A stretch of 64,000 nt of DNA from positions 108,004,001-108,068,000 of the forward strand of contig OZ296652.1 of NCBI GenBank assembly GCA_965655095.1, read 5' to 3'. The notes under the pieces were generated by a model, which made no database searches, was not told where the DNA came from, and worked only from the letters and a program-made list of their open reading frames with translations. The position numbers and the translations under genes were made by a program. Shown here one piece after another: positions 48,636 through 62,596 of the stretch. Origin of the DNA: Haplodiscus bocki. Its lineage: Eukaryota. The stretch's first letter is position 1; every line of letters starts with the position of its first letter.

Positions 48636-50996
48636 TAGGGCATTCCGTGCGCGTTGTAACTCGCATCGGTATCCGAACTTGGGTAAAGATTCTCACGCAA
48701 TGTGACCAATATTCGTTCGCAAACATTGCCAAATCCTCTAGCTGTTTCATGAGTGCTCCGATGAAGCTCTTTCTTTGTTCATTAACTTCTTTTTGCTTCA
48801 AGTGAAGATTTTGTGCTCTTCATTTTTGTTGGTCTCATGAGACTTCATGGCGGGACTACTTTTCGGACCGTTGTTTCGCTCATAGTCTTGTTTAAATGGG
48901 TTTTGTATCGCTTTCTGATTCGAAGCTCGCGGATGAAATGAAAAGATTGCAGGCAAGTTTCGAGACTTGACTGTGTCCATAATTTTAGATGAATTTTTCA
49001 GAAAATGTTTCTGGCCTCTAAATCAAATTGGGTTGCAAAAATCAATTTCTGTAGTACTAGAAAGCAGTGGAACTGGTACAAGAAACGGTGTACACTTTAC
49101 TCAGAATACTATAAATACGGCTGATTTTGTGACGATGATTGAAGTTCTCTGGTGACTTGCAATTTGGTCCACTGATGGGGCTAAAATTTCATCCGGCCTT
49201 GGTGTAATCGCGTGTTCACGTGACATGAACTATGTTAAGACGCAATTCCTACCACCGGTGAGTTGTTTTTGGCTCGTCAGTTGCCATGCTGATCAACTAA
49301 AACTCAATTTTACCACAAGCGTGTTGGCTACCTTTTCAAGACATGATATTTATGCAAATGTATCACGATAAAAGTTCATAACTTCAGAATGGCGCAATAC
49401 AGATAAAAAAAGCACAAGTTTTAGTGAGAAAAAGTACGGCTGAAAAATTTTAACCTTGTTCCTTTTTAGCGCTGTAAACAAGCTAGTAGTCTAGAACTGT
49501 GTGGTTTGGTGTTCACTTTGGTTTTCATCGGAATTCATCTTTTTGCTCGGTTAAAACATTCAGATTTTGTTTTTGTTGCTATTCTGTAGCTGGTTGTCAT
49601 AGTTTTTTGAATCGGATAAATTGCGATGATTTTCATTTTATATACAGTTCAGTATTGTTACTAAGGTTCAGTCGTAGGGTAACTAAAAGAAATTTTACAC
49701 TGCAATTAATGAGAACTGATGGATGTTTTTCCTTTCATCTAAGTTCAGGTTGTTTTCGTCTATTGGATGAAAACCGATGATGTTCAAACCACTATGAGCG
49801 CAAGTCAGTGTGGTGTTCGTCTTTTTGATATAAACTGATGAACTTAAAGAATCATTTTGATAGTGGGTTTTGCTGGTCATCGTAGAATTGATGAAAACCG
49901 ATGAAAGTATAAATAACACCTGGTTCGCAATGACCTTTCCACATTGCTCGGATGTAAACCGGTGAAATCTGTATTGGCCTCCATTCTATTCTGGTGTTTC
50001 GTACACACTTGTGTAAATTGTGTTTTTAATCGCAGACGGGTTTTACGTTGCTTAGGATAGATTATTGTATTCAAAATATTGAACAGATATTTCCGATGAA
50101 AAAGTATTCCGACTCATTTATGTTTCCATCTGTCATTCCACTACAGATGGCGTTTATAGTGGCGTTTAGTAATCTGGTTGGAGCTTACCGGGTTCGTTTG
50201 TGTAAACTATTGTATATGTGAGCCGTCATCGGGGTATGTCATTTTCCCCGGAAATGCTCTAGCACTTTGGTGTTCGACAGATGTATATACTACCTTTATA
50301 AGCTAGCAATATTTCCTAGATAGCACTTATGGTTGTCTAAAATAAATATAGTCTACTTTGTACCACGGAGAAGGCAGGTAATAGTACATAGTTGCTTTTT
50401 TACTTTATGCGGTTTTTGGCTACCGAACGTGCATTAAAATCTTAATAATCGTAAAAGCTTCTTAACTATTTGACATACCGTAAGTTTAGAGATAGGTAGA
50501 TGTCTCATATTTTCCTCCTTCGGGCATGAATTCGTGTATGAGGAATTTTGGACGAAATTTTTCTTCTCATAGTGCAAAAGAGGAAATTTCCAGTGAAACC
50601 ACCATTTGTTTCTGAAAATTCCGGTTTCAAAAAGTTCTATATATAATGGGACGAATTTTGGGAGCAACAACTTTTTTCTCGAAATGCTGATAAACGTTTT
50701 TTATAAGAGGCACGTTTTCATGTTTGTAAGAGTTATCCCTGGCTGTTATAGACTGATCTTGACTGCTTCAAAAAGACATGCTAAGAGGCATAAAATTAGA
50801 GAAAAAATCGACAATTTGTTGTGATATTGAAATTAAAAGAAAAAAAATAAAATGACAAGAGTCGGGTTTTTTTTACCAAAGTAGAATTCCCGACTTAAAA
50901 TCTAGTTTTAGGTATGCAGATTTTAAGGAAAAATCTCCGTTTTCATCGGACATTGTGCTTCAACTAAAGTGCACTTGTCATTTCTCCGATAATGAC

Positions 50997-51742
50997 CCCG
51001 GGTTGACTTAACATGAAAGTCATACACTGTCCACTTTATGGACCATACACTTCTCTACAAAAAACAGTTAATGATCTTGCAATGACATTCATGACACCAT
51101 AACATCGTATGAAGACCATTGAATGACTTCAATGACAATCTTGATGACCAGTTACTGAACAGCATGACATCATAAAATGACCATTGAATGACTTCAATGA
51201 CAATCTTTATGACCAGTTACTTAATCGCATGACATCATATAATGACCATTGAATGACCTCAATAACAAACTTAATGACCAGTTATTGAACTGCATGACAT
51301 AATATAATGACCATTGAAGCACCACAAGCAAAAAAAACTGATGAAAAAAATATTGTAGGAACAAAATCTAACTCTCAAGGAAATCCAGCTCAAGGAATTC
51401 AGCTTGTTCAACGTCTATTTGGTCTCAGCTAGCTAAGTGAAAGGTCTTAACAGTCGCAGGGCCACCAACGAGAAGGTGCAAAATCGGCCCCGAATGAGCA
51501 AGTAAAATTGAAAACCAGCTCCAAAAACACAATATTTTGGATGAAATTTTGCCATTAGTTGAGTCATACATGGGTTGTATGAAGCCATGAAAGTCATAAA
51601 CTGCACCATTTTATGGCCTGTTCAAGAATGTCATGACATCCATTTTTCTTTATGGTAAAGTGTATGACATTCATGACTTCATACACCACCATAAATGACA
51701 GTTTATGAGTTCAATGTTTGTTTTTATGGAGGTCAACTCGGG
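50997..51742. mobile_element. CACTA/CMC-like MITE, 746 bp, with internal 65-bp tandem repeats
   Basis: TIR CCCGGGTTGAC / GTCAACTCGGG (10/11); 2-bp TSD AC; ATGAC/GTCAT motif arrays; 65-bp units at 51103, 51168, 51233, 51298 (partial). Confidence 0.85.
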
Positions 51743-53721
51743 ACCAGGTTCCTTTCTTAAAAGTAGAAACTGCTTAGCTCGGAATTACTTAGCGAAAGGA
51801 CAAGATTATTTTGCTTTCTCAGTATTGGCTGAGAAGATAATTCTCTCATGAGAAAGTGGGAATAGGTTCAATGCAAAATGTAATGTTTACATACTTTCGG
51901 CTGCTGGCAGGGAAATCGAAATGACTTTACAGAAACTGAAACCGATATTGAACGAAATACGTCCAGTTTGCCTGAAACAAAAAAGTCGTGATTTTCATCG
52001 CTTTAAAATCTTAGTTAGCAGCTGATCATTTGAGTACAATTTCAGATTTTGGGGTTCCCGAATAAAATATTTTGTCGAGCAGCAGGGCAATTCTAATGGT
52101 TGATAACAACTCTGACGGCATCAGAAGCTATTAACATAGATCGGTTTGCTTTATGTGGACGATATGATAAGGCTTTCTCAGTGCGCAGAACAGCTATACG
52201 ATCCGATATCGCGTACCTGCTGATTTTTTTTCGCAAATTTGTTTGAAAAATAATGTTTTCAACGCAAACTTTTGTCGTTCACAAAAACAGCGCAGTGATT
52301 TCTAAGCCTGCAGCCTTCAGACACACAAAATGTTTCGCGAATTAGTTTTTCGGCGATGACAGGCCTGCAGAAAATCTTTCTAGAATCTTCGCGGACAATG
52401 ACGCACCTTAGTTTTCTATGTTACTAGAATCACTGCTGAGGAAAATGTGCCTCACAAAATCTTTTTTGATTGTTTAAGAGTACCTCGTGAACTGTTTCGC
52501 CATCAAACCTCATGTGTCATCGTTTTCATTAAATGATTGGGCACACGGGAAGGTACCATCTGCTTGAACCATTTGCAACATCTCAATTCAGGTTTCTGAT
52601 GCAATCGAAATAGTTCTATTTCTGTAGGGTATAGGGGCAGTAACGAAACAACTGGGTCGCGAACCCAACTCTGTATACTTTCAATTGGCTGTTTTGCCTG
52701 AAAGTTCGAAGATAAAACGCTATTGAGATTCAAGAAATATTATGGAAAATGATTGTTTGGGCATGATTATACGATTTGCATCAAAAGCAACAGTCGCAAA
52801 CAAGAGAAAACTATTCGACGATCTGGTTTCGAACTGACGATTTTCCAGAAAAACATGTGGTCAAAATAAATGAACATGAATGATAGTGGTAACTAGCCAA
52901 CGGAATTCAACACTTCAGTGTAATTAGTTCCGGTAGTAATCCTTTTGAAACTGTCCGCTGGAATGTTTCTATGAGGTCGAAGTGACGATTTTGTCAAGGG
53001 TGCTACTGATAAAGAGATGTTACGTTTAGTTAGGTACAAAAGCATCAATTACTAAGTGATGGGTTATTTGATTATGAGGTGCCGAGCTCAAAGTGTATGA
53101 TATAATAATACCCAGATCTCTAAGGCTGATAGTTTCTTCAGAAACAGAGTTTCCTAAAACTGGAGAAGTCTCCAAAGATTTGAGAAGCTGCAGAGTTTCT
53201 GTTTGTATAGATGAACTTCAAGGTAGTACTCAACTGAATTTTCTTTTATATCATCCAAATTTGACATGACACATAAATGAGACAAATGATAGCAACTTCA
53301 AAACATCGGCATAAGAAAAAAAACCGTTCCTTAAAAATCTGACCAACATCTTTCTTATGCGCTTAAAATAAAAACCGATCGGGACCTCTTTGTTGCGATA
53401 CTTTTGATGTGACAACTTTATGTTTTGAAACAAAAATGACGTTTTATGTTCTGTTTGTTAGATACAAGATGATAAATGGAAAAATCTCGTTGTAGAGATT
53501 GTAGTTGTCATAATGTTTTGTCAGTAAAGTAGCATGAGGGACAGTGTTGATCGTTTTACTTACATTGCAGTTTACTGTTGGTAAAAGATGTCGATTGTCT
53601 TTGTATTGTTAAAAAGTCTACAAATACAAGAAGCTGTGTGGTCGGGCTGCTGCCAACAAGAACCTAAAAGCGATACCAGGAAACGAGGTTTGTGATTTCA
53701 TCAGAGAAAAATGGAAAAGTA

Positions 53722-53885
53722 CACTGTAAAACTGGCGCGTGCAAATTTACCTGCGATGGCCGCAGGTAAACTGTTTCGCAGGTAAAATTACCCACGGATG
53801 CACGCAAAAATCTCCGCAGGTACCGATTGCCTGCGGTTTGCGCGCGTAACTGGCGGAAATTTACCTGCGCCCTTAGGTAATTCAC
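53722..53885 (+). mobile_element. Truncated left end of a relative of the CACT-MITE at 56789
   Basis: ta|CACTGTAAAACTGGCGCGTGCAAATTTACCTGC matches the 56789 terminus; no right TIR. Confidence 0.85.
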
Positions 53886-56788
53886 ATGAACTTTTCATTG
53901 TTCGCGTCCGGGCAGATTTTTTCAAACCTCGGGACGTTTCCTTTTATCCAGTTCCAAACACTTTGACCAAAGTAACCATTTGTTGCTTTTGCAGTCAATG
54001 GTGAACCCTTCAAAACTGATTTTGTTCCAAAAAAAGTTGTACTGTTCCTTGCTGGCTCTTCAAACCGTTATCCAAAAAAAAAGAGCTCGCTGAAAAAGTT
54101 TCCACTACCATCAAAATGAACAGGAACTGGCTGTTGTCACTTTTTTGGTTTCCTCACTCATACCGAGTGAAGGAAAGATAACCAGCCAAAGTAAGAGTTG
54201 GTCTTCGATAGCACTTGGAACACAGTGCATATTCAATAAAACACTACTCATTTTTTTAAAAAAAAAACATAGAATTATAAGTAAAACGAAGAACGCGTTG
54301 CTTTTTGTCGAGGAAAACTTTAATAAAATTTCGACAATCAAGTTTCCCAGAGAAAGAGTGAACAAATAGTATTAAAATGTTTCGGCAGGAAGTTTGTTAG
54401 GTCTTTCAGAACTAAAGCAGCAAAGGAGAGTTGGAGTTTTGTTTCGCTTATAGAAAAAAGGGACCCCATTTAAAGGAAACAAAATCTAAAGTGGAAACAA
54501 CATAAAAAAAGAATTTATTGGACTACGAAAAATTGTGACTTAAAGTAACTTGAATCATGAAATTGGTGACGTAAAGGCACAATGAGAACTTTTATCCGAT
54601 GCAAAACTAGTAGACTTATCACTCCGAAGCAATTTTTTTTCCAATGATTAGGCGTCCTACGATCTAGTTTTCCCGCGAGTAGTGATGATATATTTCTATG
54701 ATCACTTTTGGAAACCAATCAGTCCGTTTTCCACTTTTTAAAATTATTACGTTTTTGTTGCTCCACTCCGTTTACTGTAATGTTTTTGTTCTGATAGATG
54801 TTAGTGGACACAGTATAATAACATGTCAATGTTGGTCCTGCCTAAGAGGGATATGTGTTTCTGGCCTGCGGAGACTAGAAAAAAACTTGACTTTTTCGAG
54901 ATGCTTACATCTCTTGGACCTGGTGCTCAAAAGTTGTTGAGACATAAATCAAGGAAATTGAATACAGCTACCTTTCATTTTCGCTGTGTTGGTGAAAATA
55001 GTTGCATCGTTATTTGGAATGAGTCTTTTTCATCTGTGGGTCACGTTTCAAGTTGAAGTTTTCTCAGATTGCACTCTTGCGGAAAGGTTTGAAAATGGTT
55101 TTCAAAGCAGATTTTACCTCGAAAATGTTAACTTTGGAGGTTTTGGTTGACATATAGCTCGGTTCGTTAGCGTAATGTCTGAATGGACTGAATTGTTTAG
55201 GAAATGCGCAAGTTTGGCACTAATTTGACGACATCAAAGATTTTCAAAACCTAGTTTAAAACTTTTTCTGCTATCTTCTTCAAACTAGCCTGTACCATTG
55301 AGCCATAGGGTTTTCTAGTATTGTTTATTCAGCTCTAGTGATGCACTTTAACTTTTAGTTTTTTGTAAGGGCGTTTCTATTTGTGGGTTTCTCGCAAACA
55401 AAAACAGTTTTCTGACTTGTTCCTTTTACCTGGCACGGTTGCGCTGGAGCAGCTTTTTCAAACGTCGGAAGACCATTTTTGATAAAAAACTGCACTGTAA
55501 GCTTTTATTTCGCACGCAAACGAAAACACGTAGAATTTTCTTCCAGTTTTCTGAATTTTGCTAATTTTTGTTACACATGTAATTCTTGAAGAAATTTTCC
55601 TTTGAATTTGCCGATCTGAAGTTTAACTGAGACGCAAAAATGCCAAAAACGTCTCAGAAAAGAAAAAAATATGCTTCTCAGCTAATTTAAATCATTGAAA
55701 AACTCACTATAGCAAAACTTCGGAGTTTATGTTGCTTTTCCTCAGTTTTGTGCTTTCACATTGTGTTACTATCCAAAACTGGCTCTGGATGTGGAGCTCG
55801 AACAACAACGTCATCACTATTGCTGCCAGCTTTCATTAAAGTACCAAGACGTTCCAGTGAAAAAAACCGTTGTGAAAAATAAAATTTTAAAAAAAATCGA
55901 TATTGTGATCTAATTTTGACTCAATGCGTTGTTGGTAAACGGACTACAATGGCAATTGACTCAACTTCCGCAACAGGTGGAACGTTCAAGCATTTGGCAA
56001 AAATCAACGGAACATACGCGTTGCTTTGCTTCGAGATCTATGCAAAAGTTATCGAATTCATCTCACCTGAAAAAATAACCTATGAATTCAAGCCTTAAAA
56101 TAGGCTTTTTGCAAAGATAGCAAATACATGTCACAAAAAATAAGTGACCATAGTTGCAGTAAGTACCTGGAAGAGAGAAGACATTTGTCATTGAACCGAA
56201 ACTAACGTACACATGAACATATGGCAATTTTCTACCTCTTGAAATTTTTGCCTTGGATTGAATCTAACCACTTCATGTCTTCCAAAAACGCCCGTGATCT
56301 GCTATTCATCAACATTTTTTTTCAATAAATCCACATCTGCAACACATCTTCAGAATGTTTTCATTCGTTTGATAGTCCAAATTGTTTGATTGGATTTTTT
56401 TGTAGCAGTCATTACGACAGATTATCAACTGACCCCTCCATTAGAAGTAATCAGTAAAAAACTGCAATGCAAATTTACTTTCTATCTTTTTGCGTCTTCT
56501 AGTCCAGCTCTCCCGGAAGTTGTGATGAAATATTTCTTTGAGTACTTCCGAAAACCAATTAGTCCGTTTTCAAAGTTTTGCGTTAACTGTCTGTTGAGAT
56601 CCTATTTCGTATACTGTATTAATTGTGTTCTGAATGATGTTAATGGAGCCTGTTAATGCACCTGCTCGTTACATATCTGGATGTATTTTGTGAATTCTGT
56701 GAGATCCACATGTTCTGAGTTCAGCTAAGCCCATAGTCATTTTCACGAAGGAAGTAAGCCTGACTTCAGAAGGTGCCTCAACAACGTA

Positions 56789-57497
56789 CACTCTAAAACT
56801 GGCGCGTGCAAAATTACCTGCAAACGCTGGTAACTTTACCTGCAGTTCGCAGGTAAAAAGGCCCCACACGCAGTTTACCTGTAAAAACAAGTAATTATAC
56901 CTGCTTCTATGCGGTAAGCACCTCACGCTGAATACACGCGATAGCACTTAATAAAGCACGCAATTTGCAGGCAACTTCACCTGTATGATGCAGGCTAACT
57001 TACCTGCAATTTGCAGGTTAATTTACCCGCGGTGTGATAGCAGATTGCCTGCAAGTGCAGGTAATTCTGTGTGGAATTGCAGGTTTTTTTGCCTGCGATT
57101 GTGCGGGTATTTTTTCCTGCGTGTGCAGTTATTTTTGCCTGCGTTTGGCGGGTATTTTTACCTGCGATTCTAGTGTTTTTGCCTGTAAGTTGCATGTAGT
57201 TTTGCCTGCAGAAGCAGGCAATTTTGCATGCTAGTCGCGGGGAAATTTGCATGAGTTCCGCATGTAAAATTACCTGTAAAATGCCCGTGGTATTCAGGTA
57301 AATTTGCATGCGCCTGCAGGCAATTCGCGTGTGTTGTGCGCGAGGTGCTTGCCGCCTCGACGCAGGTAAATTTACCTGTTTTTACAGGTAAACTGCATGT
57401 AACGCAGGTAAACTGCGTGTGGGGCTTTTTTACCTGCGAACTGCAAGTAAAGTTACCTGCGTTTGCAGGCAATTTTGCACGCGCCAGTTTTAGAGTG
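56789..57497. mobile_element. CACTA/CMC-like MITE, 709 bp, ~93-bp TIRs
   Basis: CACTCTAAAACTGGCGCGTGCAAAATT... / ...AATTTTGCACGCGCCAGTTTTAGAGTG; flanked by TA on both sides; interior saturated with TACCTGC/GCAGGTA motifs. Confidence 0.93.
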
Positions 57498-60400
57498 TAG
57501 TACAATCAGAGGCAAATGAAAATTCAGCACAGCAAGAATGCTAACCTGACGGTAATTTTCTACTAAGTGCTGAGAAGCAGTTTTATTAAATACAGCTAAC
57601 CAAGATTGTTTCACTGATTTGGGCAATTTGTTGGTTGAATAAGTGAGTGTCTCATATCCATTTTTTTTAAAAAAAAAGAGTAAGGAACGTAATCAGACGC
57701 ATGGAATTAGGATTCAAGGCGTTTTTTCAACTGGGTAAAAACATTGCTTAGAGCGAAAATCGAAGAAGATAACGAAATTGTCGAATTGAACGGTGTGGAT
57801 TGTTTGAAGTATTCACGTTTGGGTTTATACACTGAGCAGATTTTTACATAGAAGGTTTTGCAGGAGCTTGAGAATCATTTGTAGGTTCCTTCCCCAATAC
57901 AATGTTATGCACTGCCTTGAAGCATTTCAAGGAGCGAAGCAATATTGAACATTAGGATATATCAAGGACCTTTTCCCCATTATCGTATCTTTTCTCGTCT
58001 TTTCTAATCTGCTGTTCCGGGTTAGGAGAGAGCTGCATCACTTCAAGGATCATTGTAGAGAGGTTAGATTTGAGACATCTCTCAGGACTGCGTTTGTGAC
58101 ATTTATCAAATTCATCGTCTGTGAAGATCAAAGGTTCCATACAAGAAAAGTTTTGAGGGTTTCATTGGATCAGATTCTTTAACAGTTTGAGCAAAATCAA
58201 ACATACCAAGAACTCAAGAAGTTGGAATTGTGCATGATTTAAGCAGAAGTTATTTATGATTCGAGGGGTTTGATTTAGTCTAACACGATTCAAAAGTTAC
58301 CTTGAGACGCAGATATTGTTTGTTCCACCACTTGGAAATTCAACTTGGTTGAAAAAATGTAAATTAATTTGATCCAAGAAGAAATTTGTTGACGTTTCAA
58401 AATTGCTGTCGACTGCATCTGCTGCGACGGGAGCTAACCTGTCGCCTGAAACACGAATAGGCACTCTGTGAGTTGAACCAGTTCAAGCAATTTTAAGAGT
58501 TGATAAAATCATCCTTTTTTTGTAATCCGAACATTTACTTTTTCCCAATTAATACCACAAAACTTGAACGCAACCACAAGTAAGATGTCATTTCGATAGA
58601 CTTTGATGTTCTTCGTAATGTTTCGGCGCTGCCCTAGATAATTTGAGAAAGAAGACTCAAACTCACTGAACGTGATTGCAGTATCTGAGTAAGCTAGAGC
58701 ATTGTAATATACAATGACGACTTTGAAGCTTTGGGGTGAATAAATCTAACCACTGCTGCAAAACAAGACCCGCGTACAAATCCCTCCGTCACAAAATTTC
58801 ATAATAAAAAACGTTTCAGTCAGAAAAACACCAACAATGTCGAAAAAGTGGTTGCTTACTCTCGCCGAAAAGTTGCCGGTTCTCAAAGCACCGGAAAACA
58901 CGAGATTAATCAAACAGGCGAAAAGTAATTGCAAAGCTATTGAGAACTGTTTCTTCAGCGTTTTTTTTGATTCCAGCGATTCTCGGCTCTTTAAAACTCT
59001 GCACAAAGAAAGTTAGCACTTTGTGCAGAGTGATGCCTCCTTTCAATTTGATGATAGTTTGACTGCTTTAGATTAGAGCCAAGAAAAATGATGAAAGTCA
59101 TAAGTTAAATGGTAATACTTGCTATGTTCCCTGAAACAGCTTGTAGTTCTTGATACTTTTTCTAGAGTGTAATGTTTGTAGCGCAGCGCCCTAATCTACT
59201 CTCAGTTTTGCGTTCGGTAAAGAACAGACTATCTTTCAGATATATAGGAAGCTCATAATAATGAACTAGGTTACATTATGCAAAAGATGTTTTTTAAGTG
59301 CGTAGCTTGTTTTATTTGATAAGTAACAATCTAGAACGTGTTTTTCTTCCATAAACTTGTCAAGCCATTTGACATTCGCGAAGTGGATTTCGATGTTAAC
59401 ACCAATTTGATTGATTATTTCAGCGAGCTGTTCAGCGTCAGAATCAATTTGTTTCAGCAGTAAACTTTTAATTCAAGAGACTCCAATGGAACCATCAAAC
59501 ACCCAACAACAATTCTACCATTAGAAAACAATTCATCAATTTCTGTATTGGAAGAATGGCAAGCTAAATCGTGAAAACTTGTTCAAGTTTCTACTCAACA
59601 GCATTAGGTTGAAATTTTTGGAGATAATCTGTACCTGACTTGACCATCATGGGAAAGAGTCAGTTTTTTAGCCATTTCACGGCTATCACACTTTCAACAA
59701 TACTTACATATTGTTAATCAATCGCAGATTTGTTCAACACGGTCAACCATTTAGCAACAAGTGACTTCTACAAGCCATCAGTTACCAGTTTACAGTTGTT
59801 TTATGGAAGATTGGAAAATTTTTTCGAGCAAATAGTTGGAATTAACTTAGAAATGCGTAAAAAAAACACCGTAACTGGTTTGCGCAGACTGGGGTCCACT
59901 CCGAATCAAACCCTGATGACAGCACTTTCAGTACCATTTTTCAATGGAATAGTCTTCAACTCTTCCCAGGTGTTGATAACTTCATTTTCTGTATCCTCTT
60001 TCGGCCATTCTCCAACAAAACATTCTAGTAAAAACAATCTCTCTGTAAGTTGAAGATCTGCTTCGTAGTCCGACTCATGGGAAAATAATTAGGTGGAAGT
60101 TTTCAATAGGGAACCACTATTCGTTCAAGCGTCAAAAGTGGTTCCGATTAAAGTTTTAGAGTTTGACGATGATGTTTCAGACTTCACAGATGTCATAGAA
60201 TAAAGATGATCAAAGTTAACTCCATTACAATTGATTAGCTTAGTATCATAAATGGGACGAAAATAGGTTTGAAAGTATATTCTTGAAACGCAAATGGAGA
60301 AGATAAGCTCATAAGCACGTTGAACAAGTCATAAAGTGCCGAAAAGAGTTTGTTAAGTCCGATGTAAGTTAGCATATTTGCTTACAAAGGGAAAAAAGGT

Positions 60401-61976
60401 AATCCCTAATCTGGCCTTTTTAAAACACAAAATGTTTGGGTTCAGAAACCTTTAGCGTGATAGTTGTCAGATAGGGTTTGACTGGATGATGCCATTGGCA
60501 TTTGTCCATATATGTATGATAATAATTTCAAAAGAAAAATCGCTAGCCAGAAAAAAAACCCAATGAAATGGTACAACCATAAAAGTTCACTCTCGCCTTT
60601 AAAAAGCAAAATTTCATATAAAAAGTGTTCTAAGTCAGCTAATGTGAGAAAGGTGTTTGTTCAGCATTCAAAATGGTGGCATCAGACCTCGACTTTTTCA
60701 AAAGATAGAAGAACAAAGGGTTACTAACAACAAAGGAAGAAGATGCGACTTCGTGTCAGGGTGTCGGTTTGTCGACGAAACTAAACCCTCATCATTTTCA
60801 GACAAACACTGCTGACCAAGCAAAACTACATTGACTTTGCCCTCGCACGGTATACTGAATTTTGTTCGAGTTCTGTTGAAAAACTCAAAGAAACCAATTA
60901 GGCCTGAAAAAAATGCAATTTTTTCACAGTTCTAACACTGATAACTCGGCATATTTTCTTCCGTAAAAGTTGCTGAGGCACTTTTGTTTGTTTTCATTTC
61001 TGAAACAATAGATAACCTTCTAAGTAGTTCGCGAAAGTTGCTAAGTCTTGCCTGGTCGATGATTTGAGGTTCCATTGCGTTTTTCAAATAGGCCTCCTCA
61101 AGTTTTGCTCGGCCTTCTTTCGTGAAAACATTTTGCTGTAGGCATTTTTTTGAGCGGATTGCAAAACCAGGCCGGCCTTGAAAACCAGTAACTTTTAAGC
61201 GAAGGTGGTTAACTGTAGTTCCCAATGTTCTTATTTCAGCCAGATTCGGTTTCAATTTCACTTTTCCCCTACGTCAGCTCTATAACAATTGAAAACTCTC
61301 TAACTTCTTTTGAAAACGAACAATTGTTTCGTGACGTGGTGTAGGTTTGTCTCATGAAACCGAATGTTTTCTTTTTACACTCTGTCACAGAAAAGAAAAT
61401 TTTTTTCCCTTCTCACGTAAACACCATGTTTTGATTCACGTTTTGTAAAAAAGCTTGAAAATTTATTTTAGGGAGGAGAGACTAAAAAACTACCCAGAAA
61501 AAACTGGCTCTGGTTGCGTAGAGACCACTCGGTACTATTCCAATATGCGTTCGGCCTTGTGTTTGGAACAACGCCGTTTCACCTTTCAAGAACTTTTCCC
61601 ATTTTGCAATTCATGTTGCGCAATGTGCAAACTTTCAAGAAAGTACTTGTTTGACAGAGTCAAATACCAGCCCCAATTTTGCACAAAAACTGTTTCTGCT
61701 GGACTTTCCTTTCAGTCGAGTAGTTTTTTGGTAGACTGTTTTACAGAGAAACAACCTTACGGAAATGAACACACTCTAACCTGGATCAAAGTGTGTGAAG
61801 AGGTTAGAAAAAAGTTTCCAAATGATTATTGATGCAATCAAGTAACCATCTTCCAAAGATGGAGTAGCTAGATTAGTCTTCTAGATACTCGAACAAAATT
61901 TCAGAGGCCAAAATTTTTTATACTGTGCCTCAATCCAAGTGTGCTGACCTCTATTAATGTAAGAGCCTAAATGTTG

Positions 61977-62596
61977 TGATAAGCTGGCTACACAGTTTCA
62001 AAGATTGCTCCATGCTCAAAACTCGAGCAACAGCAGCCAGCATAGATAATCAGGCGGGTTCCTCGCGTATCATCAAGAACACTAAGGAAATTCAAAACGG
62101 CAAGGGATGCGTGGCATGAATTCCGACGTGGCTGCCCAAGATGATTGCCTGGGTCAGCGTGAGACGGAATTTCGCGTGCGCGTTCTGCTGTGCTAGGCAA
62201 GTGGCGAAGCTGAGGTTTACCGCAACAAAAACTAAAGAGCCCGAAATCAGCACGCCGCATCAAATTTCGTCAATGCTGGCTCCAATTAGCAAATTTCTCG
62301 AAAGGACAACGGCATTATTATGGGAGTCCGGGGAGAAACAAAGGGAGACAAGTATCAGAAAGTCTCTGAAAAGAGGATAATCTCTATTCCTGGAGGATAT
62401 CAGCATTTGTCAGCGGTTGCGCGGTGAGAGTTAAGGAGGGTCGACCAAGGTGAACTTCGCCCGCAAGCAAACGAACTTGGCGAAGGATGTCGGGAAACGA
62501 TTCTTGGTTATTGACGACTTGATTCTAGTGCGTGCCAGCTTCCAGCTTAGCGAAAACCTTTCGTCCAGCTGCTGAAAAACTGCTGAAACTTTATCA
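61977..62596. mobile_element. Putative solo or orphan LTR (620 bp)
   Basis: GC-richer island bounded by inverted TGATAA...TTATCA and followed by tTGG; only a 3-bp flank match (TTG). Confidence 0.4.

Noticed and set aside
51103-51318. Regularly spaced repeats (65 bp; also 51 bp at 28838) resembling a CRISPR array
   Set aside because: Whole units are repeated with no unique spacers, there are no cas genes, and the context is eukaryotic.
56985-57505. Overlapping Cys/Ala/Gly-rich ORFs on both strands
   Set aside because: By-products of the stop-poor TACCTGC motif array of the MITE.
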